Shown: one piece after another, positions 9,450 to 18,145 of the stretch | Position numbering within the stretch: position 1 is the stretch's first letter | Layout: each line of letters opens with the position of its first letter | Assembly: GCA_964408485.1 (NCBI GenBank) | Contig: CAYOZJ010000002.1 | Span: 69,235-133,234 of the forward strand | Reading direction: 5' to 3' | Source of the DNA: an uncultured Gammaproteobacteria bacterium | GTDB taxonomy: Bacteria; Patescibacteriota; Microgenomatia; Levybacterales; UBA12049 | Length of the DNA stretch: 64,000 nucleotides | Notes under the pieces: model-generated | Database searches by the model: none | What the model was told of the DNA's origin: nothing | The model's input: only the letters and a program-made list of their open reading frames with translations | Position numbers and translations under genes: made by a program

Positions 9450-9990
9450 GATTTATACTAAAACAGGGGATAAAGGGAAGACATCACTTTTTGATGGGAC
9501 ACGGGTCAGCAAAGATAATATTAGACTTGAAACATATGGCACATTTGATGAGTTGAGTAGTTATCTAGGGGTTGCACAGTCATTTTCGAAAGATAAAAAA
9601 TTAATAAAAGATTTGCAATCTATTCAAAAGGATTTACTTGATATTGGAGCATGCCTTGCAAATCCGCATAACACCCCTAGCAGAACGTTTTTAACGTACC
9701 TTGATGCAAGAGTCATCTCCTTTGAAAAAAGTATTGATGAGCAGACTCAGAAACTTAAACCATTAACTAGCTTTATTCTCTTTACTGGGAATAGTGCTAG
9801 TGCTTTTTTGCAATTGTCTCGTTCTGTTGCAAGACGATCTGAGAGACGACTTACTACTCTTTCTCAGAAAACCCCTATTGCTGCTGAATTTATCCGTTAT
9901 TTTAATAGACTTTCAGATTTACTCTATACCATGGGGCGTTTTGCCAATAGAACAACAAAAAAAGAAGTTATTTGGGAGCCTTTTAAGTAA
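9439..9990 (+). CDS. PduO-type ATP:cob(I)alamin adenosyltransferase
   Basis: N-terminal YTKTGDKGKTSL motif typical of PduO/MMAB family. Confidence 0.85.
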   Translation: MSSKIYTKTGDKGKTSLFDGTRVSKDNIRLETYGTFDELSSYLGVAQSFSKDKKLIKDLQSIQKDLLDIGACLANPHNTPSRTFLTYLDARVISFEKSIDEQTQKLKPLTSFILFTGNSASAFLQLSRSVARRSERRLTTLSQKTPIAAEFIRYFNRLSDLLYTMGRFANRTTKKEVIWEPFK

Positions 9991-9992
9991 AT

Positions 9993-11252
9993 ATGGAGCA
10001 GAGTCCACACATGCAGAAAGTACAGGAAATTCATAGTGCTGTAACAGCAAGAAGAAACAAATTCCTTACCGAATATCAAAATCCACGACAAGGGAAGAGG
10101 GCACTTACTTATGAGCCAGCTCTGGATAGAGAAGTGTATAAGGTACTTAAAAGGTATGAACACGATCCTGAAAAAAATGCCTATGTGCACGTGCAGAATG
10201 AGTTAAATGCCTATACAGAGTTTCAGGTAGAAACATTTATTGGAGAACGGCTCAACGTTGGATTATCTTCATTTCGGTACGATTTGCGAGACGGCGAAAT
10301 GTATGGACAAGGAATGAATGAATCCCTTCTAGACATGATTTCCAGGGGGAGGGCATATCGAGAGCAAAGAGTAAAAGATGTTGATATACCAAGACAGGAA
10401 GCAGAAATTGTTCAATTTACCAAAATTCAAGATGTTATGACTAGCCCTCAGGCTGAGCTAGGTACGACCATTGTATCCATCTCCCCGCCTGGCGGAGAAG
10501 GATCGGTCTACGCGCATAATTTTTATGACGTTTTTGTTTTATCCGAAGATAGTGAAAAAAATCGATACGTTGCTGCACGCAGATATGCATCGGGATTATC
10601 ATTAGACGAGTATAAACAACTTGCTTCTCACCTTTCTGCGGGATATATGAATGATTATCGAGGTGAATCATTGGATAGTTACTTCTTATCCAAGCCATTA
10701 GTACTTGCCCAAAGCTCTTTGCTGTCTGGTGATCCAGAAGCAATTCATAAATTCCTTCATAAGGGTCATGAGTTTTTATCAAGTGAAGACTTTAATTATG
10801 TTAAGCGAGCAATTGCAGGATTAATCACAAGTTACGTTAATACACTTGTTGAGAATCCATCAGACGAGTTGCTGCTCAATAGTACATTGAACGTTATTAT
10901 GAATGAAGCAGATACTGTGGCTGATAATCTCAAGTATCCTTCGCGGCGTATTATAGAAATTCATGACCGATCAGTACGGGGATCACTTACTAGGGAGGAT
11001 ATACTTTCTGAAGGAAAGAAAAAAGTAAGGTCTGTTGCAACCGGATGTGGCGAATCTACCGGATTTGAGGTTGGAGGAGAGAATAGGTTGGGAAGTAATA
11101 TGTCTTCATTTAACAGTATGTACGATTTTGGTACAGATACACTTGGATCGCGAACATTTCATTGTCCAGATTGTGGAGAGATGAATCTGCGTCCATTAGA
11201 TGAGACTCTAAAAGAGTGTCAAAACTGTCATAGTCCAAAAGTTGCATGTTGA
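9993..11252 (+). CDS. hypothetical protein with C-terminal CxxC...CxxC zinc ribbon
   Basis: 419-aa ORF ending HCPDCGEMNLRPLDETLKECQNCHSPKVAC. No other recognisable domain. Confidence 0.5.
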   Translation: MEQSPHMQKVQEIHSAVTARRNKFLTEYQNPRQGKRALTYEPALDREVYKVLKRYEHDPEKNAYVHVQNELNAYTEFQVETFIGERLNVGLSSFRYDLRDGEMYGQGMNESLLDMISRGRAYREQRVKDVDIPRQEAEIVQFTKIQDVMTSPQAELGTTIVSISPPGGEGSVYAHNFYDVFVLSEDSEKNRYVAARRYASGLSLDEYKQLASHLSAGYMNDYRGESLDSYFLSKPLVLAQSSLLSGDPEAIHKFLHKGHEFLSSEDFNYVKRAIAGLITSYVNTLVENPSDELLLNSTLNVIMNEADTVADNLKYPSRRIIEIHDRSVRGSLTREDILSEGKKKVRSVATGCGESTGFEVGGENRLGSNMSSFNSMYDFGTDTLGSRTFHCPDCGEMNLRPLDETLKECQNCHSPKVAC

Positions 11253-11303
11253 CGGAGACAACATGCAATCCTGAGCGTAGTCGAAGGATCTCCTCCTTAT
11301 TTT

Positions 11304-11466
11304 ATGGAAGAATGTGTTGAGTGTTTTAAAATTAAATGTCGCGGATGCGGGTGGGAGCCAAATGAAGAGGAAGTTTTACTGGTTCAGTCTGGGAAATTAA
11401 CAACATGCCCTGAGTGTGGGTGGAGACCAGGAGAAATTCCTAATTATCATAGTCAGGATCTATAGC
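11304..11466 (+). CDS. small zinc-ribbon protein (two CxxC pairs)
   Basis: Not in the ORF track (<60 aa). My translation is MEECVECFKIKCRGCGWEPNEEEVLLVQSGKLTTCPECGWRPGEIPNYHSQDL. Confidence 0.35.
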
Positions 11467-11685
11467 ATCACTCGCTAATTCGAGAATACTACTTCTCATT
11501 TTTCGTCCTATTCGTTTCGGAAAAGTTTCAATCGGAGCTTCTTGAAAATCCGTTATAGACTGACTAAACCAATCTTCAGCGAGACTTCTTCTTTCTTCTA
11601 CCCCCAAACGTCTTACATGAGGTTCTAAGGCAGCCCTTGTTGCACCTCTAAGAAGTTTTCGTACTGGACTTTCATTGTATACCAT
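11440..11685 (-). CDS. hypothetical small protein
   Basis: 81-aa ORF, antisense to nothing else, charged. Confidence 0.3.
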   Translation of the reverse strand: MVYNESPVRKLLRGATRAALEPHVRRLGVEERRSLAEDWFSQSITDFQEAPIETFPKRIGRKMRSSILELASDAIDPDYDN

Positions 11686-11799
11686 GGGGGAATTATATAT
11701 GATTATAGGTTATATGTCAAAAAAGTAAGAAAACAATTGTTGGGTTTTTGAAAGGTTAATTTCATTGCCTCGTTTGTCAATGAATGCTATCATGGAGCT

Positions 11800-12267
11800 A
11801 TGGATCCCAAGACTCAGCAACCAATTCAAAATCCTGTCCCACAACAACCAACGCAACCGCCTATTCAGCAGCCGGTTAGACAACCAGTTGCTCCAATGCC
11901 AGCACAACCAATAAGTGGAGGATCCAAAGAAGCACCTGTCCCACTAGGAGCAGCACAAGAATGGGTTAGTCCGTCTACTCCTGAAGTTGTTATGCCAAAA
12001 GAAGTGTCAGAAGCAGGAGTTGAAGCAACACCGGTAATACAACCTATTCCTCAGCAGGTCCAGCAGCTTGGCGTACAGCATGCAAAAGAAGCAACACCTG
12101 TAGAATCTGTTGTTGCTGAGCCTTTAGGACTAAAAACCTCTCGTTCTGTTTTGGATCAGTTAAAGGCTGCGCATAAGAGCGTAAAGGAGTCTTTTTCTTG
12201 GCTTATTCGTCTTATTCTGAAAGAGCAAGAGAAAAAAGAAAACCATACAACATCAGGATATAATTAA
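11800..12267 (+). CDS. Pro/Gln-rich low-complexity protein upstream of coupling-ATPase gene
   Basis: QPIQNPVPQQPTQPPIQQPVRQPVAPMPAQP repeats. Stop is 4 bp before the next gene. Confidence 0.4.
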   Translation: MDPKTQQPIQNPVPQQPTQPPIQQPVRQPVAPMPAQPISGGSKEAPVPLGAAQEWVSPSTPEVVMPKEVSEAGVEATPVIQPIPQQVQQLGVQHAKEATPVESVVAEPLGLKTSRSVLDQLKAAHKSVKESFSWLIRLILKEQEKKENHTTSGYN

Positions 12268-12270
12268 GTT

Positions 12271-14640
12271 ATGCAAAACCTCGCCCAATTAAATGTATTT
12301 GATCTTTTGTCTTCCTTGGCAGCATCGTTTTTGATGCTTGGCTTACTCGGCGTTATTGGTTACTTTGGCGGTTATGCGCTTTTTCTGTGGTATAAGTGGA
12401 GGGATAGAGAGAAGTCCTCCCTAGACAGTGTTCTTCTACAAGTTTCTATGCCTCGGGATAATGAAATAAAAATCGATGCAGCAGAGCAGTTATTTGCCGG
12501 ATTTGCGTCTTTGCATAAGAGTGGAAGATTTGCATTTCTTCACCCACAACAACATATTTCTTTTGAATTGGTTGGCAAGCCAGGAGATATTCGCTACTAC
12601 ATTCATGTGCCAAAAAAACTTCGAGATTTAGTTGAAAAACAAATTAACGGGTCATATCCAGATGCAGACATAACGGTTGTTGATGAAAATGATGTAAAGC
12701 AAAAAGGTGTTATTGGTAATGAGTACAACATTTTTACGGAAGATGGGAAGGTTGCATTTGCTTCGTGGCGACCAAAAGGATCAGGATATTCACCAATGAA
12801 AATTTATAAAGACATGGCAGTTGATGGAATGAGTCTTCTCACGTCCACTATGGCAAAAATGCAAGAAGGTGAGGGAATGGCATTGCAAATTCTCCTTAGT
12901 CCAGCAGATAGCACGTGGAAAAAAGCAGGACGAGCGCACATTGGGAAAGTGAAAAAAGCAGAAAGTAATCCTGAGAAAGCAAGTTATTCTGCAGATCCAA
13001 AAGAGCTTGAGGCAATAGAAAATAAAATCAGTAAGGCAGGATTTGAGGTTATTATACGGGCTGTTGTGTGTTCATCAACCATGGAGGCGGCAAAAGGACA
13101 TTTAGATAATGTTGGAAGTGCTTTGGCAATGTTTGGCGGAGCAAATTCACTCACAAAAAATAAGCACCGCTTTAAAGGACTTTTTATGCAGGATTTTATT
13201 TATCGGTACTGGCCAATGTATAAAGGGACAGGAATTCTATCTTCAGAAGAATTGGCAACAATCTTCCATTTTCCAAATAAGCAAATAACAACTCCTGGCA
13301 TTTTCTGGCTTACATCCAAGCGTGCCCCCGCGCCAACACAAATTCCAGACACTGGACTCTTTCTTGGAAGAAGTACCTTTCGTGGTCTTTCACGACCTGT
13401 CCATATGCTTCAAGAAGATAGAGCTCGTCATATGTATATCATTGGTAAGACAGGTACGGGAAAATCGCAATTTCTTAAGCAAATGATTGTCCAGGATATA
13501 GAAAATGGTGAAGGTATCTGCGTGATTGATCCTCACGGTGACTTAATCGAGGAAATTCTTCTTCGTGTGCCGCCAAGTAGGGCAGAGGATGTAATTGTTT
13601 TTGATCCATCAGATACCCAGCGACCAATGGGAATCAATATTATGGAGGCATATACAGAGGATGAGAAGCACTACATGGTGTCTAGTATTATTGGCTTGTT
13701 TTACAAACTGTACGATCCAAATAAGACTGGTATTGTCGGTCCTCGACTTGAGCATGGCATTCGAAATGCAATGCTTACAGTTATGGCAGAACCAGGGAAC
13801 ACATTTATTGAAGTGCAACGTGCTATGACCGACAGCAATTTTGTCCAAGAGCTTTTACCAAAAGTGAATGACCCTATTATTAAGAGGTACTGGACTGACC
13901 AGATTGCTCAGACAAGTGATTTCCATAAGTCAGAAGTTTTGGATTACACCGTGTCGAAGTTTGGCCGCTTTATTACCAATAAATTAATGAGAAATATTAT
14001 TGGGCAATCTAAATCAGCATTTGATTTTAGAAAAATCATGGATGAGAAAAAGATTTTTCTTGTTAATTTGTCCAAAGGAAAAGTAGGGGAGGAAAATTCC
14101 CAATTCCTAGGTCTTATTCTTGTACCAAAGCTTTTAACAGCGGCAATGAGTAGACAAGATATTCCATATGATCAGCGTAAGGATTTTTATTTGTATGTTG
14201 ATGAATTTCAGAATTTTGCTACCCCCGACTTTGCTGCAATCCTTTCTGAGGCCCGTAAATACAAGCTTAATCTTATTGTTGCAAATCAGTTTACTGGGCA
14301 GATGGAAGATGATGTGAAGAATGCTATTTTTGGTAATGTGGGTACAATTGCATCTTTCAGAGTTGGTGTTCAGGATGCAAATTTTCTGCAGCATGAGTTT
14401 CAACCAACCTTTGCGGAGACAGACTTAATTAATGTAGACAGATTTAACGCGTATATTCGAACCGTTGTCCACGGTGAGCCTGTTAGCTCTTTTTCAATTG
14501 ATGTTACAAAAGATATGGCAAAGGAAAAAGCATTGGATAATCCAAGAGTTGCTGAGTTGATTAAGGAACTGTCTCGACTTAAGTATGCAAAAGACATTCA
14601 TCAGGTAGAGGCAGAAATTTCAGCGCGCGCGCGTCTGTAA
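12271..14640 (+). CDS. VirD4/TraG/TrwB-like type IV coupling protein family ATPase (membrane-anchored)
   Basis: N-terminal TM helices, Walker A IGKTGTGKSQF, Walker B LYVDEFQNF, then ARKYKLNLIVANQFTGQ typical of the T4CP/DUF87 family. Confidence 0.6.
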   Translation: MQNLAQLNVFDLLSSLAASFLMLGLLGVIGYFGGYALFLWYKWRDREKSSLDSVLLQVSMPRDNEIKIDAAEQLFAGFASLHKSGRFAFLHPQQHISFELVGKPGDIRYYIHVPKKLRDLVEKQINGSYPDADITVVDENDVKQKGVIGNEYNIFTEDGKVAFASWRPKGSGYSPMKIYKDMAVDGMSLLTSTMAKMQEGEGMALQILLSPADSTWKKAGRAHIGKVKKAESNPEKASYSADPKELEAIENKISKAGFEVIIRAVVCSSTMEAAKGHLDNVGSALAMFGGANSLTKNKHRFKGLFMQDFIYRYWPMYKGTGILSSEELATIFHFPNKQITTPGIFWLTSKRAPAPTQIPDTGLFLGRSTFRGLSRPVHMLQEDRARHMYIIGKTGTGKSQFLKQMIVQDIENGEGICVIDPHGDLIEEILLRVPPSRAEDVIVFDPSDTQRPMGINIMEAYTEDEKHYMVSSIIGLFYKLYDPNKTGIVGPRLEHGIRNAMLTVMAEPGNTFIEVQRAMTDSNFVQELLPKVNDPIIKRYWTDQIAQTSDFHKSEVLDYTVSKFGRFITNKLMRNIIGQSKSAFDFRKIMDEKKIFLVNLSKGKVGEENSQFLGLILVPKLLTAAMSRQDIPYDQRKDFYLYVDEFQNFATPDFAAILSEARKYKLNLIVANQFTGQMEDDVKNAIFGNVGTIASFRVGVQDANFLQHEFQPTFAETDLINVDRFNAYIRTVVHGEPVSSFSIDVTKDMAKEKALDNPRVAELIKELSRLKYAKDIHQVEAEISARARL

Positions 14641-14681
14641 GCTTTTCTGAGAGCCTCAAATCTGCTACAATTCACTCACTT

Positions 14682-14754
14682 GGGTCGGTAGCTCAGTTGG
14701 TTAGAGCACTTGTCTTATACACAGGCTGTCGGAGGTTCGAGTCCTCCCCGACCC
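14682..14754 (+). tRNA. tRNA-Ile (anticodon UAU)
   Basis: Cloverleaf folded by hand: acceptor GGGTCGG/CCGACCC, D-arm GCTC..GAGC, anticodon stem CTTGT/ACAGG with loop CTTATAC (U33, anticodon TAT, A37), T-arm GGAGG TTCGAGT CCTCC, discriminator A. No encoded CCA. Confidence 0.75.
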
Positions 14755-14760
14755 ACTGGA

Positions 14761-14795
14761 AAAATCCTTTCCCTTGGGGAGAGGATTTTTTTATT
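14761..14795 (+). terminator. rho-independent terminator after tRNA
   Basis: AATCCTTTCCCTTGGGGAGAGGATT hairpin followed by TTTTTTTATT. Confidence 0.6.
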
Positions 14796-14874
14796 GGTTG
14801 TGGACTCGAATGCCGGACTGAAGCGTAGCTGAAGGAGGCGGGGTCGCGAGGCGACAAAGTTGAACTTGTGACCG

Positions 14875-14899
14875 AGTCCTGCCCGACCCACTAACACCT
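14875..14899 (+). repeat. direct repeat of the tRNA-Ile 3' end (att-like)
   Basis: CGAGTCCTGCCCGACCCACT versus tRNA CGAGTCCTCCCCGACCCACT: about 20 nt with one mismatch, 125 bp downstream of the tRNA. Confidence 0.5.
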
Positions 14900-14942
14900 C
14901 ATTGACTCCTGAGCCTACTAGGTGTATGATTTTTGCTTCTTT

Positions 14943-16184
14943 ATGAAAACCGGCGTTATTGTTGATGCCTATTCGTCAGGGAGCTTACTTGCTCCTGAGT
15001 TTGCCAAGAAAGGTTATCAAATGATTCATGTTAGGAGTAAAGAAATCCCCGATAGGGCATATACTAATGCCCCTTTTCAGAAAAAGGATTTTATCGAAGA
15101 TATTTATGAGCCTGACCCTCAAAAACTTCTTGAAAGACTAAAGCAATACGATATCAGATTTGTCATTCCCGGAATTGAAACATCAGTTGAGCTGGCAGAT
15201 TTTTTAAGTGAAAGCCTTAATCTTCCCACCAATGGAACAGTATTAAGTTTTGCCAGACGAGATAAGTATGAAATGGTTAAACTTATTCGTAAAGCAGGGC
15301 TTCATACGGCAAGACAGATTAAGACAAATTCCCTTGAAGAAATGCTCACATTCGGAAGAAGTCTTTCTCAATTTCATGTTGTTTTAAAAGCATTGCGCAG
15401 TGCAGGCAATGATTTGGTATTTATTGCAAAAAATGAAGAGGAAGCGCGTGTTGGTTTTGAGAAAATCCTTGCAACAAAAACACAATTCATGGAAAACAAC
15501 ACGACTGTTTGTGTTCAGGAATTTCTAGAAGGGGAGGAATATATTGTAGATACTGTATCAGCCAACGGTCACGTTGTCGTAACAGACATATGGCGTCATA
15601 CATTCTCTCCCGCTAATGGATTGCCTGTTTTCTATGACTATGACGAACTTCTCTCACCAAGTGATCCCGATGCTGCAGAACTTTGTGAGTACACAGTAAA
15701 GGCTGTTAAAGCATTGGGAATTAAGTGGGGGCCAGCACATCCTGAAATTATGCTTACGCCGGACGGTCCGGCAGTTATTGAAATTGGTGCACGACTCGCA
15801 GGGGCAGGTATTCCTAAGCTTGCAAGAATAGGTCTTGGAAAAGCGCAAGTTGAATACACTGTTGCAGCATTTACGGATGTAAAAGAATTTGAAAACATGG
15901 TAAAGGAGAAAGTAAAACGTGCTAATTATTGCCTGTGGGTTTTACTCCTCTCGCATAATGAGGGAATATTGCAAAATCTTGAAAAATTTAACGATTTAGA
16001 AAAGCTTCCATCTTTTTATGAAAAGATTCTGGAAGTAAAGGTAGGGGAGAAGATAAAGAAAACACTTGATCTTACTTCAACTCCAGGTTTTGTTTTTTTA
16101 GTACACCCAGACAGGAATGTTGTTATGAATGACTATAAAAAGATTAGAGAACTTGAAGAAAATGGTCTATTTCCAGTAAAGTAA
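14943..16184 (+). CDS. ATP-grasp domain protein (ligase-type)
   Basis: ATP-grasp-like central region (VCVQEFLEGEEYIVDTVSANGHVVVTDIW). ATG 14943 (MKTGVIVDAY) is preferred over the track's GTG at 14922. Confidence 0.5.
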   Translation: MKTGVIVDAYSSGSLLAPEFAKKGYQMIHVRSKEIPDRAYTNAPFQKKDFIEDIYEPDPQKLLERLKQYDIRFVIPGIETSVELADFLSESLNLPTNGTVLSFARRDKYEMVKLIRKAGLHTARQIKTNSLEEMLTFGRSLSQFHVVLKALRSAGNDLVFIAKNEEEARVGFEKILATKTQFMENNTTVCVQEFLEGEEYIVDTVSANGHVVVTDIWRHTFSPANGLPVFYDYDELLSPSDPDAAELCEYTVKAVKALGIKWGPAHPEIMLTPDGPAVIEIGARLAGAGIPKLARIGLGKAQVEYTVAAFTDVKEFENMVKEKVKRANYCLWVLLLSHNEGILQNLEKFNDLEKLPSFYEKILEVKVGEKIKKTLDLTSTPGFVFLVHPDRNVVMNDYKKIRELEENGLFPVK

Positions 16185-18041
16185 CTAGGCTGCAAGCATT
16201 CTCCTATGGGTGTTTTCTTGTTTTCCTAATTCATATTCAATAATCCCATCAATAACTGCTGATTCAAGTGCATCAAAATCTCCCATGGATGCTATCGGAG
16301 CGCGCTCATTTGGTCCATGCTCGCCTTTATACTGGGGGCCGTTACTTGCCGCATGTAAAATAAAATCAGGACCAAAAAGTTCCCACAATTTATCCCGAAG
16401 AATCTTGATTTCAACGCCTGCATGAATTGTCGTTGTTTTGAATTTTTTATCTGATGGCAATGCTTTTGCTGCAGCTTTCTCTTCTATCTCTACAATTGGA
16501 TCAGAAAAGTCCGGTTGCCATGGGTAACCGATAAGCTCTGGGATAAAAGTAGTAGTTGCATCAAATTCATTCAAAACATTTCTAATAGCAGTTGCACGAA
16601 TACCATCATCTCCAAGCTGCTCGTTTTGTGAGCTTCTGGACATGATTGTTATCTGTATGCCTTCATCGGTAGTGTGTATGACAGAAAGATTGGATGACGT
16701 TTCGATTGCTTCTGGATCATTTGGACTCCATTCAATACCGAGTACACCATCTGGATTTAATGTATCTAAAAGCGCAAGTGTTTTATTTGTTGCAGCAGAT
16801 GTCATTGGAGGCATATTTTGTGTTTCTTTTCTTTCCTCAACGCGTCTGACCGTCAGAACATCTACTTCATCATCTTCTGCAATATCAGGATGTTCTTCAG
16901 AAAATCGTTTTAAGTCAACAACAGCTTGTGCATTTTTTACAGTTACCATTTCCTGTATTTGAGAAAGTATCTCATCTTCTTTGCCTTCTGGTACTGCTAA
17001 TACGAGATTTCTCACATCTATAGGAATTCCGTTGTGAGCATGTCCTCCATCCATTGCAACAAGGCGAATATCTTCTAAGCCCTCAATATCTTTTAATTGT
17101 CTAAACATTTCTGTAGCCTCAGTTATCTTATTCCATCTGCCGTTACCAATTCTGTCCCGCTCATCTCCAGAATGTCCACCTTGTGTGCCAAAAAGTCCTA
17201 GTGAAAGATGGGTAAATCCTTCGGGCATGGAAGGTTCTCGTGGTGTTTCAAGTGTTACTTTCGATCCAGTAAGTCCTGCATCACCAACAATACCGTTGAG
17301 TCGAGAATTATCTATATTAAGCAGATACCATTCTTTAGGCAATGGTTTGTCACCAAGTAGCTGTTCTCTTGTAAAAGAAAATGCTTTTGCGCCAAGAAGT
17401 CCAGGTTCTTCATCAGAGGTAGCATCTAAGTTGAGATCGGGATGTGCTTTATTTTCTCGTGAGACATGCTCAAGATATGCCATTCCCCAGGAAAGGGCCC
17501 ATGCGCAGTCAATACCTGATGATGTTTCAATACCTGACATCCAAAGGATAGGTTTGCCTGTTTTTTTATCAGGTATTTCCTTGAGCTGAAGAGCAACTCC
17601 TGCAACTGAAGGCTCGAGAAAGCCTACGTTTGCATCACTTACCATATCGTAATGACCTTGCATGTGAATTGCAGGCATTGCTTCAAATGGTTCTCCGCCA
17701 TAGGCTGCCAGATGCATATTAACATTGCCTGCTTTATCAATGCGGAAAGAAAGTTTTTGTTGCATCTCAGGATTTGTATTAAATTGATCTGTATATGCAG
17801 AGAAATATCCCATCATACCCAACTTATCTCCCGGTCCTCGGGGGATAAGAGAGATTTCTGTTGAGTAAAGTTCCAAGGCTCGAAGCGCAACAGGGGAGAG
17901 ATTCAGACGCTCTGGATTACCTGGTGTGAGTTCGTTTCTTCGTTTTACTTCACCGAAAACGGCGAGATTATTTGCGAGGTATTGCTCGGGTTGTAATCTT
18001 TTTCCGGCCTCTGGTCCTTGTTGTATTCTTAGTCTTTCCAT
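16185..18041 (-). CDS. M20-family (PepD/aminoacyl-histidine dipeptidase-like) metallopeptidase homolog, extended
   Basis: HMQGHYDMV (compare PepD HLDMV), SDEEPGLLGAKAF (metal-binding EE) and GGHSGDE (PepD GGHSG). At 618 aa it is longer than canonical PepD. Confidence 0.4.
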   Translation of the reverse strand: MERLRIQQGPEAGKRLQPEQYLANNLAVFGEVKRRNELTPGNPERLNLSPVALRALELYSTEISLIPRGPGDKLGMMGYFSAYTDQFNTNPEMQQKLSFRIDKAGNVNMHLAAYGGEPFEAMPAIHMQGHYDMVSDANVGFLEPSVAGVALQLKEIPDKKTGKPILWMSGIETSSGIDCAWALSWGMAYLEHVSRENKAHPDLNLDATSDEEPGLLGAKAFSFTREQLLGDKPLPKEWYLLNIDNSRLNGIVGDAGLTGSKVTLETPREPSMPEGFTHLSLGLFGTQGGHSGDERDRIGNGRWNKITEATEMFRQLKDIEGLEDIRLVAMDGGHAHNGIPIDVRNLVLAVPEGKEDEILSQIQEMVTVKNAQAVVDLKRFSEEHPDIAEDDEVDVLTVRRVEERKETQNMPPMTSAATNKTLALLDTLNPDGVLGIEWSPNDPEAIETSSNLSVIHTTDEGIQITIMSRSSQNEQLGDDGIRATAIRNVLNEFDATTTFIPELIGYPWQPDFSDPIVEIEEKAAAKALPSDKKFKTTTIHAGVEIKILRDKLWELFGPDFILHAASNGPQYKGEHGPNERAPIASMGDFDALESAVIDGIIEYELGKQENTHRRMLAA

Positions 18042-18058
18042 AGTGTTTTAATAAAAAA

Positions 18059-18086
18059 ATCTCCCTTTGGACAGGGAGATGTATTT
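18059..18086 (-). terminator. rho-independent terminator (minus strand) after recombinase gene
   Basis: ATCTCCCTGTCCAAAGGGAGAT hairpin followed on the minus strand by TTTTTTTATTA. Confidence 0.55.
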
Positions 18087-18145
18087 GCTTCAACAATCTC
18101 CCTTACTAGGAAAGAATGATTGAACATGCTGCAAAATGGTGCATA

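Noticed and set aside
14715-14897. 60-aa minus-strand ORF.
   Set aside because: Overlaps the tRNA-Ile gene, its terminator and the att-like repeat. Almost certainly spurious.
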